From assembly GCA_965215515.1 (NCBI GenBank), contig OZ244057.1, forward strand, positions 224,001 through 288,000: 64,000 bases of DNA, written 5' to 3'. This document shows, piece after piece, positions 49,102-58,941 of this stretch. Every line of letters starts with the position of its first letter. Position 1 is the first letter of the stretch. Both the position numbers and the translations under genes were made by a program. The notes beneath the pieces are model-generated. The model made no database searches and had not been told where the DNA came from. It saw only the letters and a program-made list of their open reading frames with translations. The DNA comes from Oligoflexales bacterium. Its GTDB lineage: Bacteria; Bdellovibrionota_B; Oligoflexia; Oligoflexales; JAPPIL01.

Positions 49102-49935
49102 TTAGCGAAAGTCTTGCAACTCAGCCACCTGTCTAGGTGTGCTTTTGTCGCTCGAGAGACGGGGAATGGTAAGCAGTCTGTGCTGCTGTGCGTATTTGGA
49201 CGCACGGCGTGACCGTGCACCCGCGGTGGCGGTCTTCGCCTCTGTAAGGTAGGAGAAACCACCGTGCACAGGTTTACTGCGCAGTGCGTGTCGTAGTCCT
49301 TGAGCGGCGAACTTGAGCTGGTGGAAGTTTTCGAGTAGCGTGATGAGACGGTCGATGTCTCCTCGTTTCAGGGTAAGTTTAGTTTCGATAACGAAGACAC
49401 GTTTGGTGGTAATAACGATGGCATCGATTTCAAAATCTTTATTTCTGCCAGGTTTTTCTGCATAACTGCCCTCAACGTTACGCACAATTTTTTTTACCTG
49501 CTCTCCTTCGTAGAGGTCGGGAATAATTTTGTACAGGGCTTGCACGGTTTGGGTTTCAAACACAAAACCGTTGATGTTGGCCTGTTTGCCGCGCACCACG
49601 TTATAGTAGTCGCGGAATTCTTCGTATTCCTGGCGCAGTGTCGTCAGTTCTTCGTGCAGACTGTGCTTCGTCGAGGGGATGGACTGGTGTTTCTTGCTCT
49701 GGCGGGAGGCGACGATATCTGCACACAGTTTGCGCATCTTCGCAATCAGCAGGCAACCAGCCAGCGATGCCCCACTGATGAGTAGTGCGCTTTGTTTGAC
49801 AAGCTTTTTGCCGCGGTCGGGTTGTTCTTCTGCGGCGAATTCTTGCACATCGTGCAGCTGTGCGGCAGGATCAGGTAAACCACAACCGTTGGCCAGCAAT
49901 GCCGTTGCCAGCATGCAAGAACAGATAAGTTTCAC
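49102..49935 (-). CDS. Putative lipoprotein with a C-terminal PD-(D/E)XK nuclease-like domain
   Basis: LLANGC; GFVFE...FEIDAIV...VFVIETK. Confidence 0.65.
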   Translation of the reverse strand: MKLICSCMLATALLANGCGLPDPAAQLHDVQEFAAEEQPDRGKKLVKQSALLISGASLAGCLLIAKMRKLCADIVASRQSKKHQSIPSTKHSLHEELTTLRQEYEEFRDYYNVVRGKQANINGFVFETQTVQALYKIIPDLYEGEQVKKIVRNVEGSYAEKPGRNKDFEIDAIVITTKRVFVIETKLTLKRGDIDRLITLLENFHQLKFAAQGLRHALRSKPVHGGFSYLTEAKTATAGARSRRASKYAQQHRLLTIPRLSSDKSTPRQVAELQDFR

Positions 49936-50010
49936 AGGAAGAAGCCAATTTACCTTGCTGAAGGAACTGGCTTGTAGAGCAAAACACTGTAGCGGTCAAC
50001 TGTTTTTCGC

Positions 50011-50982
50011 TCAGGCGAGAAACTCTTGTACCGCTTTTTTTTCTGCCAACAGTTCATCGCGGCTACGGGCGAGATTACGTTGGGCATAAGCGGAGAGTTT
50101 GACATCATCGACGATGTGCCAGTCTTTGCCGTCGGAGGTGAGGGGGAAGGAGAAAGCCACTCCTGCGGGTACGCCGTAGCGTTCTCTGTCGTTGATCACC
50201 GCGGCAGAAAAACTAACCTCGCTGGCGGTGGATAGTTTTTTGACATGATCGAGACAAGCGTTGGCCGCGGAAGCAGCCGACGAGCTACCACGAGCCGCGA
50301 TTATCGCCGCACCGCGCTGTCTGATGCTGTGCATGAATTCACCTTCCAGCCAATCACGTGCGCACCGTGCGGTTACGGGCATATCATCGACCGTTGCGTT
50401 TTCAAAATCGGGGTACATGGTCGGGCTGTGGTTTCCCCAGACGATGAGGTTACTCACCTGTCCGACATTCACCTGCAGTTTGTGCGCCAACTGAGCGCGG
50501 GCACGGTTTTCGTCCAGCATGGTCATGGCGGTGAAGCGCGGTGCGGGAATGTCGGGGCAACTGTGCGCGGCGATCAAGGCGTTGGTGTTGCAGGGGTTGC
50601 CCACCACCACCACTCGCAGGCTAGCGTCGGCACGTGCCAAGGCTTTCCCTTGGGCGACGAAAATGCGAGCGTTGGCTAACAGCAGATCGCTACGTTCCAT
50701 CCCTGCCGTACGTGGTTTCGATCCCACCAGCAAGGCCCAGTGTACTCCGTCGAAGGCTTGGGTAGCGTCGGAGCAGATGTTCACCGCTGCCAGGGTGGGG
50801 AAACCACAATCGTCGAGTTCCATTGCCACACCCGCCGCGGCAGAGACAGCCTGGGGCAGCTCTAGGAGCTGTAGGTGCACTGCGCAGTCGTGGCCGAACA
50901 CCTCGCCACGGGCTAGCCTGAACAGCAGTGCGTAGCCGATTTGCCCTGCGGCTCCGCTAACGGCCACCTTGATGGTTTTCAT
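50011..50982 (-). CDS. mdh: Malate dehydrogenase
   Basis: [34 protein letters not shown]. Confidence 0.97.
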   Translation of the reverse strand: MKTIKVAVSGAAGQIGYALLFRLARGEVFGHDCAVHLQLLELPQAVSAAAGVAMELDDCGFPTLAAVNICSDATQAFDGVHWALLVGSKPRTAGMERSDLLLANARIFVAQGKALARADASLRVVVVGNPCNTNALIAAHSCPDIPAPRFTAMTMLDENRARAQLAHKLQVNVGQVSNLIVWGNHSPTMYPDFENATVDDMPVTARCARDWLEGEFMHSIRQRGAAIIAARGSSSAASAANACLDHVKKLSTASEVSFSAAVINDRERYGVPAGVAFSFPLTSDGKDWHIVDDVKLSAYAQRNLARSRDELLAEKKAVQEFLA

Positions 50983-51413
50983 GTTTTGCTTGCGGCGCGG
51001 TTGCGCGCGGTGCGTTGGTGGGCGGTATTTTTTCCTGTTCCCTCGACGTAGCGGCTTTTGATTCGTGCTGCTTTTCCCGAACGCTGGCGCAGGTAGTAGA
51101 GCCGTGCGCGTCGTACTTTGCCGCGGTGCAGGACGGTAACTTTTTCGATGTACGAGGAGTAGCAGGGGAACACCCGTTCGACTCCGATACCTCCTGCTGA
51201 GATTTTGCGCACGGTGAAGGACGACCCTGCCGTGCCTCGTCGTCGCCGTAGCACGACACCCTCGAACGGTTGCAGGCGGAAGCGGGATTTAGCTCCGCTG
51301 CCTTCTCTCAGTTTGTAGTAAACCCGTACTGTATCGCCCGCGCGCAGATCTGGCAGAGGTTTGCGATCGGCAAAAACCTTCTCTTCGAAGGCGGTAATTA
51401 TCCTTGCATCCAT
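50979..51413 (-). CDS. rplS: 50S ribosomal protein L19
   Basis: [34 protein letters not shown] 51413. Confidence 0.97.
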   Translation of the reverse strand: MDARIITAFEEKVFADRKPLPDLRAGDTVRVYYKLREGSGAKSRFRLQPFEGVVLRRRRGTAGSSFTVRKISAGGIGVERVFPCYSSYIEKVTVLHRGKVRRARLYYLRQRSGKAARIKSRYVEGTGKNTAHQRTARNRAASKT

Positions 51414-51539
51414 GTTTCCCACCTGTATCGAGCAAGCGCAGCGGACAGCTCTAACTTTTATCGGTGTTGTCGTCAACTGCTTTTTGCGGTTGCATCCTAT
51501 CGGCAATGAGATAACAATCGAGGATATAGGCGGTGAGGT

Positions 51540-52612
51540 TTGCACGTGTTACAGGGCATCTGTGCCAAGATACAAGCGGGCGATAGCATCAGCCGTGACG
51601 AGGCTTTTTTTCTGCATGAGCACGCTGATCTCGCCGTGTTGCAACGACTGGCGACACAGGTCAAGGCACGTTTTCACTCTCGCGATGCCGCGACTTACTT
51701 GGTGATGGCGATTATCAACTACACCAACATTTGCGTAGCTAACTGTGATTTCTGTGCGTTCTTCCGTTTCCCGCATCAGGAGGCACTTATCTGTTAACCA
51801 CTGCGGAGGTATTGCGGCGGGTCGCCCACTTCCGTCGTCTCGATGCGACTTTGATTGCTTTCAACGGTGGTTTCCACCCCAAGTTACAGCTCGATCATTA
51901 TGCTCGTCTGTTCGAGAAATTGCATGCGACGTATGGCGACGAGTTGACATTTTTCGAGATGACGGTGGCTGAGTTTATGTTCGCCTGCAAGCTTTCCAAG
52001 CTCAGCTATGCGGCGGGGGCGCGGTTGCTACGTAGTGCTGGCACAGGTTGGATTACGGGGGGCGGGGCGGAGGTGTTGACCGATAGTTTTCGCCAGCGTC
52101 ATAGCCGTGGGAAGTACACGGTCAGCGATTACTACGATGCACAGCAGGCTATTCTCGCGGCGGGTATTGGCTCAACAGCCACGATGGTTATCGGCTTCGA
52201 CGAAACGCTCGACGAGAGACTGGCGCATCTCGAACAGCTACGTGTTTTCCAGCATGCCAACGGCAATGCCCTGACGAGTTTTTTGTGTTGGACGTATAAG
52301 CCTGAGCACAATCGTCTCGGCGGGGAAGAGATAACGGCTAGTGCGTACTGGCGGTGGTTGGCGATCTGCCGTATCTTCCTCGACAACTTCGTCCATATCC
52401 GCACTTCGGTGTTAACGCAGAACGACGATGCCTTGCGGGGCTTGGATTTCGGAGCCGACGACTTCGATGTGCCGCTGGAGGATGAAGTTACTTGCAGTGC
52501 GGGTGCTACCATTGCCGACGACTACCGTGCAACATTGGTTGCCGCGCAGCGTTTCGGCTATCGACCTCGCCTACGGCGACCGTGGCGCGGGCACGATGCC
52601 GTGCTAGCTTGA
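51540..52612 (+). pseudogene. MqnC/CofH-like radical SAM gene split by a 1-nt frameshift
   Basis: INYTNICVANCDFCAF ends at TAA 51797; the downstream frame reads GTYLLTTAEV..GGGAEVL..STATMVIG; one G appears missing at ~51780-51783. Confidence 0.8.
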
Positions 52613-52692
52613 CCCGTAGCGGGTGAGGAGATGTCCCTAAGACAAGATAAGCCTTGCCGCGTCTTGCCGATGCGTTATACTACCCGACGGGG

Positions 52693-52779
52693 GGAGAGGT
52701 GGCTGAGTGGTCGAAAGCGCTGCCTTGCTAAGGCAGAGAATGGGTCACTGTTCCGAGGGTTCGAATCCCTCCCTCTCCG
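52693..52779 (+). tRNA. tRNA-Ser (GCT)
   Basis: GGAGAGG..CTGCC-TTGCTAA-GGCAG, long variable arm, GGTTCGAATCC. Confidence 0.96.
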
Positions 52780-52796
52780 CTTGGCCTCGTGCCTTC

Positions 52797-52870
52797 GCAC
52801 CCGTAGCTCAGTTGGATAGAGTACGAGACTACGAATCTCGTGGTCGGGCGTTCGAGTCGCTCCGGGTGCG
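52797..52870 (+). tRNA. tRNA-Arg (ACG)
   Basis: GCACCCGTAGCTCAG..CGAGA-CTACGAA-TCTCG..GTTCGAGTC. Confidence 0.96.
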
Positions 52871-52890
52871 CTCTGCATATCGGCACGCAG

Positions 52891-52925
52891 AATCCGTCCT
52901 CGCCAGTATTCGGCGGGGACGGATT
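52891..52925. terminator. Hairpin after the tRNA operon
   Basis: AATCCGTCCTCGCC...GGCGGGGACGGATT. Confidence 0.65.
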
Positions 52926-53248
52926 ATTGAAAACAAACCGCAAGCGGACTTCTGCCTCGTCCACGCGTCTAACGGTAATCTTTGCAAATATCCGCCGATA
53001 GGTAGATCTAAGCTGTAGATGCTCCCGTAAAAAGCGGACACCCTATCGGCCCCTAACAGGGGAGCACTGCAAGTGTTTTAAAAAACTGAGTGCCGTATAA
53101 TTATAATCAATTTGTATAAATCATACTGTTGTCTATTTTTATGTTTTCTTAAAATTGTTTCCTTAAAAAATTAGAAACAAAACTAAATTAACTAAAACAA
53201 GTGGCCGATGTCAGAGATGAAATCAGGTTGTTACTATGTAGGTGTAAT

Positions 53249-55033
53249 ATGGCTCGAAAGGCAAAAGAGTTACGTCTCACCCAGCTTGAGGAGTTTCTGA
53301 GCAAGGTTGATGCCTGTGGGGAAAAATTTTCTCAACGGCAAAAAATTGAACTGGGAAAACATTTCCTTGAGGTTGTTATGGGGCTTAGAGGTGAGTTTAT
53401 TGCCTGTAAACAGAGCAAAGAATCACCTGATTTTGAACCTCACAATGAGGAGTTATACCCGTGGGCGTTGTTTGTCACTGATAAAGATGATTTGCAAGAA
53501 GATTACCATGACAGAGCACAGTTGTATCTGCATGGTGATAATGCGGGTAAAAAGAACTATGTTGTTGTCACTAACGGCAAAGAGATGTGTGTGTTTGATT
53601 TTAATCACGAGATAGCTAAATACACCGTTCTGTTTGATAAGCTTATCAGTGGCAATACCAAAGCTATCAAACACTGGCAGGTATTTCTCTCTGATTTCGG
53701 TGTTGAAAGTGCAGAGAAGAAGAAAAAGGAACGAAAAAAAGAAAGAAGGCTAAAAATATATCCACAACAAAATTATGTTATCTGTGGAGATTGCATAGAC
53801 TGGCTGGAAGATATACCACCCGCATCGGTCGATATGTGTTACATTGATCCACCGTTTTTCTCAAATAGAAATTATGAGATTATCTGGGGCAATGGCTACG
53901 AGCGTCGCTCTTTTGAAGATCGCTGGAAAGGCGGCATCCATGCCTACATCGAATGGATGGAAAAAAGAGTTAAATTGATTCACAGATGCCTGAAAGAAAC
54001 AGGATCGATTTTCTTGCACTGCGACTATCGTGCCAGTCACAAGCTCAGAGGAATGTTGGACGATGAATTTGGGAAAAGCAATTTTAGAAATGAGATTGTG
54101 TGGTGCTACACGGGGCCGTCAAATTCAAAGAATTTTTTCCCAAGAAAACATGACACCATTCTATACTACAGCAAGAGTAAGGAATCATTCTTCAAAAAAA
54201 ACGCTGTAAGAATACCTTACAGTGACTCATTCATACACCGCAGAAGCTATACCGAGGGCAAGAAAGGGATTACTGCTGGGTATTCTGAAGGCAGAAATAG
54301 TGAGGAAATAACGGAATCTTTTGGTGAAGGAAAAATTATTGAAGACTGGTGGTCAGATATACCATCTGGAGGACAGATTTCAAGAAAAGAGCGTCTCGGT
54401 TATAAAACCCAAAAACCAGAAAAAATTCTGGAGCGAATAATTTCTTGCTCCACCAACGCAAACGATTTAGTGCTTGATTGTTTCGCGGGTGGTGGCACGA
54501 CCGCGGCTGTGGCTGCTAAACTCAACCGTCGGTTCATCGTTGGCGATGTATCACCTGTGGCGGTGCGGGTTATCAGTGATAGGCTAAGCAAAATAACTGA
54601 TGCGCCTGAATTTGATTTGCTTAACGTTCCTCTCACCAAAACGGAGTGGTTAGAAATGGATGGCCATACCTTCGCTGCAAAAATCTGTGAGTTTATGGGC
54701 TGGGAGTGCAACCCGAAGAAATCTGATGACGGTGGCATTGACGGCTGGGCGAATAAAGGTTCTATTCCTGTACAAATTAAAAACCATCGCCAAAGTATCG
54801 GAGTCAATCCGATTAAAAATTTCTACGCCTCGCTGGGCAAAGCTGCGCAAGGTATTTTTGTCGCGTGGAGTTTTGCCCCAAAAGCTGAAGAATACCGCGC
54901 CAAAGTTAAAAAAGACGAGTGCAAGGAAATTATTTTCAAGCCCGTAACGGAAATACTGGGCAGTATCTTGATTGATGATGATGAGAAAATAAAACTTGAT
55001 GAGCTTAGCAAAAAATACGACAAAGCAGCCTAG
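53249..55033 (+). CDS. N6/N4 DNA methyltransferase fused to an N-terminal HsdR_N-like domain and a C-terminal Mrr-like nuclease domain
   Basis: YVVVTNG; YIDPPF..TQKPE..DCFAGGGTT (beta order); DGGIDG..VQIK..GIFVAWSF; AT-rich; ATG 53249. Confidence 0.85.
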   Translation: MARKAKELRLTQLEEFLSKVDACGEKFSQRQKIELGKHFLEVVMGLRGEFIACKQSKESPDFEPHNEELYPWALFVTDKDDLQEDYHDRAQLYLHGDNAGKKNYVVVTNGKEMCVFDFNHEIAKYTVLFDKLISGNTKAIKHWQVFLSDFGVESAEKKKKERKKERRLKIYPQQNYVICGDCIDWLEDIPPASVDMCYIDPPFFSNRNYEIIWGNGYERRSFEDRWKGGIHAYIEWMEKRVKLIHRCLKETGSIFLHCDYRASHKLRGMLDDEFGKSNFRNEIVWCYTGPSNSKNFFPRKHDTILYYSKSKESFFKKNAVRIPYSDSFIHRRSYTEGKKGITAGYSEGRNSEEITESFGEGKIIEDWWSDIPSGGQISRKERLGYKTQKPEKILERIISCSTNANDLVLDCFAGGGTTAAVAAKLNRRFIVGDVSPVAVRVISDRLSKITDAPEFDLLNVPLTKTEWLEMDGHTFAAKICEFMGWECNPKKSDDGGIDGWANKGSIPVQIKNHRQSIGVNPIKNFYASLGKAAQGIFVAWSFAPKAEEYRAKVKKDECKEIIFKPVTEILGSILIDDDEKIKLDELSKKYDKAA

Positions 55034-55040
55034 TAAAAAC

Positions 55041-55427
55041 TCAAACCAAAATACCTTTAGTATAGACAATGCCTTTCTTGCCCCAAAAAGTAACGGGTGG
55101 GTCGATAACTTTAACAACTTCGATGTGCCAACCCCATTTTGGTTTCTTCCATGCCCAGGGTGAGTTTTTATCTATGCGGTGTAGGGGATAATCGGCGTAG
55201 AAAGTTTTGCGGTTGGGGTATTTGAAGCACTTAGTAAACCTGATGATGGCTGTAGCACGGGATTTGAATTTACCTGTGCGACCTGGGGTTTCGATTAGTA
55301 GCATCTCTTTGTTTAGATAGTGTGGTGGGATGGGATAGGTGCGGGTTTCGATGGTTTTTTTGCCTGCAATGATTTCTCTGGAGATAGGCCATTGAATATT
55401 GATACCTGTGTAGGTTTTTTTAGTCAC
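55041..55427 (-). CDS. ASCH domain protein
   Basis: INIQWP...IIAGKKTIETR (GxKxxExR). Confidence 0.85.
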   Translation of the reverse strand: MTKKTYTGINIQWPISREIIAGKKTIETRTYPIPPHYLNKEMLLIETPGRTGKFKSRATAIIRFTKCFKYPNRKTFYADYPLHRIDKNSPWAWKKPKWGWHIEVVKVIDPPVTFWGKKGIVYTKGILV

Positions 55428-55746
55428 GGTGGTTGAGGGGACGATGCAGTGTATCTTTGTTATGCGGCTTTAAGCACTTGTTGTTGGTGTGTCGCATACG
55501 CACATCCCAATTGATGTCACGAGCCGTTTTTGTTTTAGCAAACTTCTCGACGCGATCTATGGCATTGCAACAATCCTTCTTGTTAGACCACAGGTCTTGA
55601 TCTTGCCAAAAATGATTTTCACCATTGCCGATGTAACAGGTGGTGAATTGTACGCCTCTTTGTTGGCATTTGGCATGGATACGCTCATAGTAAGCTCTGA
55701 TCTCGGCATCGCTATAAGGATGGGAGTATCTCCTTGTTGTTGCTTG
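55420..55746 (-). pseudogene. 3' remnant, lacking a start, of a gene coupled to ASCH
   Basis: 109-codon open frame with no 5' start: YSDAEIRAYYERIHAKCQQRGVQFTTCYIGNGE..WSNKKDCCN; its stop overlaps the ASCH GTG. Confidence 0.65.
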
Positions 55747-55787
55747 CTAGCTACCCTCAACTACGATGCTGCCCAGCTCAGCTTCAT

Positions 55788-55857
55788 TTGGCTGTTGCCG
55801 CACGCTTGGATTGTGCCCAGCAGCCAAGAGGTGGCCAGCCCACGATTAGGCCGATAA
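55788..55857 (+). repeat. Left copy of ~70-bp diverged direct repeat flanking rpn-3
   Basis: 56/70 ungapped identity to 56964..57033 by manual alignment. Confidence 0.85.
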
Positions 55858-55959
55858 TGTCTCCTTCTTTGTGGCATCGTGGTTGATATAGTGCTTCCCT
55901 TTGTGAGAAGATGCTGTCAGGTAGGCAACGGCGTTAGCAACAACCAGAAACGGCGGACT

Positions 55960-56919
55960 ATGACAAAACGAGCCTTACACAGTGCCTTGTTTACAGCGAT
56001 CATTACCAACAATCGGGTATTCATCGAGGAACTGCTAGCTTTACTGCTGCCTCCTGAAGAGTTTGTCAGGCTTGTTCTCAGGACGCTGAAGTTCGAGGCG
56101 ACGGTGTTCACTGATGCCGATGGCAATGAACGCCGTGCTGACGCGGTAATCTCTGTCATGACCAGAGACGGCCAGCGGATTATTTTCTTGATTGAGCACA
56201 AAAGCACACAAGAGAAGGGGCTTTTGGGGCAAATGCTGAATTATCAGGCATTGCTTGATACACACATGGCCGACAAGGTTATCGTCATTGTGATCTCTAA
56301 TGCTAAGGGACGCTGGCGCATGCCAATGAGTTTTCAGGGCAAGTTCGCCAACAGTGCCAATGCCATAGGCAGCAACGTAGCCCTAGATTTCGGCTATTTG
56401 CTGTTCCATATGCCCGACTACAATCAAGAGGACATCATCAAGATATTTCCCAAGAGCCATCCCTACATTCTGCCGCTGCACTGCATTAGGGACTTGACCC
56501 GTGAGAAGGTGGCCAAATTTTTTCGCAGCACCCTGATATTGGAGATCGAGGAGAGAAAACGGCTTTTGGAACTGGCAACTGATTGTTTCTCTAAATTCAA
56601 TAGCGATTATGGTATATCTGTGCTAAAAGGTATCGAGGTGGCAGCTATTAAAAAACCAAAGGATAGACTTATGAAAGAAATCAAGATTGGCCGCGAGGGT
56701 TGGCTTGAAGAGGGCATTCTTCAGGGTCGGCAAGAGGGTCGGCAAGAGGGTGAGCGAGCAATTGAGGCGGTGGCGTTGCGTATGCTGGAGGACGGCATGA
56801 GTGTCGCCGCCATTTGTCGCATTACGAAGCTCAGTCGCAGTGTAGTCAACAGGCTAGAGCAAGAGGGCAGCAAGCTAGAAAACTCTAAAAAGCGTAGCAA
56901 AGCAAAGAAGCGCGCCTAA
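55960..56919 (+). CDS. Rpn family nuclease (rpn-3), closest to rpn-2
   Basis: LHSALF, ATVFTDADGNERRADAV, FLIEHKSTQ, QEGR repeats; ATG 55960. Confidence 0.92.
   Translation: MTKRALHSALFTAIITNNRVFIEELLALLLPPEEFVRLVLRTLKFEATVFTDADGNERRADAVISVMTRDGQRIIFLIEHKSTQEKGLLGQMLNYQALLDTHMADKVIVIVISNAKGRWRMPMSFQGKFANSANAIGSNVALDFGYLLFHMPDYNQEDIIKIFPKSHPYILPLHCIRDLTREKVAKFFRSTLILEIEERKRLLELATDCFSKFNSDYGISVLKGIEVAAIKKPKDRLMKEIKIGREGWLEEGILQGRQEGRQEGERAIEAVALRMLEDGMSVAAICRITKLSRSVVNRLEQEGSKLENSKKRSKAKKRA
56671..56919 (+). CDS. Predicted internal RpnS-type antitoxin (82 aa)
   Basis: AAGGA before an in-frame ATG at 56671, at the same KDRL-M position as in rpn-2. Confidence 0.5.
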   Translation: MKEIKIGREGWLEEGILQGRQEGRQEGERAIEAVALRMLEDGMSVAAICRITKLSRSVVNRLEQEGSKLENSKKRSKAKKRA

Positions 56920-56963
56920 GCTGGCTGTCTCGCCTAATCCTCTGCTGGAAGCCTGCTATCCCG

Positions 56964-57033
56964 TTGGCTGTTGCTGCATGCTGGAGATGTGCCCAACAGT
57001 CAAGAGTTGGCTAGCCCTCGGCTAAGCCGATAA
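56964..57033 (+). repeat. Right copy of ~70-bp repeat; includes the stop of the recombinase fragment
   Basis: ttggctgttgc...gccgataa, offset 1176. Confidence 0.85.
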
Positions 57034-57346
57034 CGCTATCCTCCCCTTCCGCCTTGCCACATAAACCCCTTCGCGTTTCAGTATTTTTATAATCGTGTTG
57101 CCGTGCCAACTTTTACCCTGCTGCTTGGTGGGTAGCTTCATCGTGTTCAAGAATCGGACAATGGCGTTCGTACTGATGCCCTTGCCATACATTTGCTTGA
57201 TGGTGGCGATGGTGCGCAATTCGGCCTTGTGGTCTATGGTCTTGCCGCTGACCCGACGCTTGCCATAGGCTAGTCTAGAGCCGTGGCGTTCTGATCGCTT
57301 GCGCAAGGGGATGTTATGTTTCAGCAACAGGTCTCTGAGGATAAAT
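57022..57346 (-). pseudogene. 5'-truncated recombinase-domain gene (large serine recombinase DNA-binding type)
   Basis: AYG..IKQMY..AIVRFLN..PTKQQGKSW..IIKILKR; the ORF-track N-terminus derives from the adjacent repeat. Confidence 0.7.
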
Positions 57347-57442
57347 GCACCCTCAAAGCCTGGTGATCCCTGCCTGGCAGTTTTGAAAAGCACTACCGTG
57401 CCGCACTGAAAATCATCGTTACCAGCACCTGCGAACGGCGGA
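57347..57442 (+). repeat. Left copy of ~95-bp direct repeat flanking the R-M pair
   Basis: Matches 58942..59035 with one substitution and a 2-nt indel. Confidence 0.95.
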
Positions 57443-57458
57443 GGATAAGGACGGTCGA

Positions 57459-58046
57459 CTATGGCTGGTTCGGCACGAGCGTTCCTTGTTGCAGCGGGTA
57501 AATTTGCTCAGCAACACAAAATTGCCTTTGTGCGAGAATGGCATCTAAAAATCTGTCATATTCAGTACTCGATGCGAGCACGACACCCGTTAGGCCGACG
57601 GTGAGGCCGTTTTTTATCTTATCTTTGACAGACTCGGCCTCCTTTTCGGACAACGTGACGAGATAGTTATCAGCGCCATGATATACTTGTCTCAATGCCC
57701 ACCCTTCTAAGTCCGCTTGTTTGTACCTTTCCCGCAGAGACACCTTCATGGTCAACACCACAGGATTTTGGGGGTGGTAAAGCACAATGTCAAAGCTAGC
57801 ATTGGGAAAGAGTTCGAACCTTGCTTGATAGTAAAAAGGAACAATATTTTGTTGTGCCAGTGTTTCACATATTAAATACTCAAAAACAAGTCCGTTAATG
57901 CTCGGATTGCTCTTGCTAGCTGCTAGGTACTTATCATAGGTACACTTAATAAATTGATGAGAATAAGTAAACTTTTCATTAGAAATTAAATTTCTGTATA
58001 TTGTACCAGCGGTACCGATAGTCAGTTTATTGATTCTGCTGTGCAT
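57459..58046 (-). CDS. Putative type II restriction endonuclease
   Basis: NGLVFE..FDIV..MKVSLRERYKQ, resembling the KxSxRER motif of CCGG-family PD-(D/E)XK enzymes; overlaps the MTase. Confidence 0.75.
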   Translation of the reverse strand: MHSRINKLTIGTAGTIYRNLISNEKFTYSHQFIKCTYDKYLAASKSNPSINGLVFEYLICETLAQQNIVPFYYQARFELFPNASFDIVLYHPQNPVVLTMKVSLRERYKQADLEGWALRQVYHGADNYLVTLSEKEAESVKDKIKNGLTVGLTGVVLASSTEYDRFLDAILAQRQFCVAEQIYPLQQGTLVPNQP

Positions 58047-58894
58047 TCTCGCGCGATTCTCCGCTCCGTGAGGTTGCAGTATTTTTCTTCCCGCTCAATA
58101 CCATAAGCAATGCGTCGATGGTTAATAGCTTCAATCATGGTTGTGCCGCTGCCACAGAAAGGGTCAAGTACCGTATCACCGACAAAAGAAAACAACTTGA
58201 TGCAGCGTTTGGGTAGTTCACGTGGGAAGGGAGCCTCATGCCCGATACGTTTAGCGCTTTCGCCGTTGAAATCCCAGCTACCGAGTACCGAGTGCTTAAA
58301 CTCTTCGCCGCCGATGTCTGAATCACCCTGGCGCTGTCGTTTCCACTCCCCTTTGTAGAACACAATGATGACCTCGACAGGAGCGATAACATGTGGCGCG
58401 CTGGCGGACTTCCAACTGCCCCAGGCAGTGCGCCGTGAGATGTTGCCCTCGTTCCACAGAATCGTGGCATGGTATCGCCAACCAACCCGCATTGCCAACG
58501 TGGTAATGTTCGCGGCGAGCGGTTGTTTGCCGTTTTTGTTTTTGTCGATCGAAACGTTGACACACATACGTCCCGTGTTATGGGTCCAATAAAAACAGTT
58601 GGCCAGCCACTTTTTGCTGAAACGAAGATAGTCACGATAATCTACCGCATCGTCTTTCTCTGCGCCACTGTAGCATTTGCTGATGTTGTAGGGAGGAGAA
58701 GTAACGATCAGGTCAATACTGTCGGCAGCTAGTATACCACGATGCGTGGCATCACCGTGCAGCAGCCTGTATCGCTTACCCTCGAGCTTGCTACCACAAG
58801 CGGAAGATTGCCGCAGCGGCTGCGCTGTATCTAGCAAGTTAGCCCCCACAATCGACACCAAGACTGCGATCCATTGTAGCACACACTCGCCCAA
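58022..58894 (-). CDS. N4-cytosine/N6-adenine DNA methyltransferase (beta class)
   Basis: TSPPY..HEAPFP..DPFCGSGTT; SPPY is typical of m4C enzymes; start uncertain. Confidence 0.92.
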   Translation of the reverse strand: MGECVLQWIAVLVSIVGANLLDTAQPLRQSSACGSKLEGKRYRLLHGDATHRGILAADSIDLIVTSPPYNISKCYSGAEKDDAVDYRDYLRFSKKWLANCFYWTHNTGRMCVNVSIDKNKNGKQPLAANITTLAMRVGWRYHATILWNEGNISRRTAWGSWKSASAPHVIAPVEVIIVFYKGEWKRQRQGDSDIGGEEFKHSVLGSWDFNGESAKRIGHEAPFPRELPKRCIKLFSFVGDTVLDPFCGSGTTMIEAINHRRIAYGIEREEKYCNLTERRIARECTAESIN

Positions 58895-58941
58895 AAATTA
58901 TAGGCCTATTGCTGCTGAACGATTGTTGTCCTTGGGTGAAG

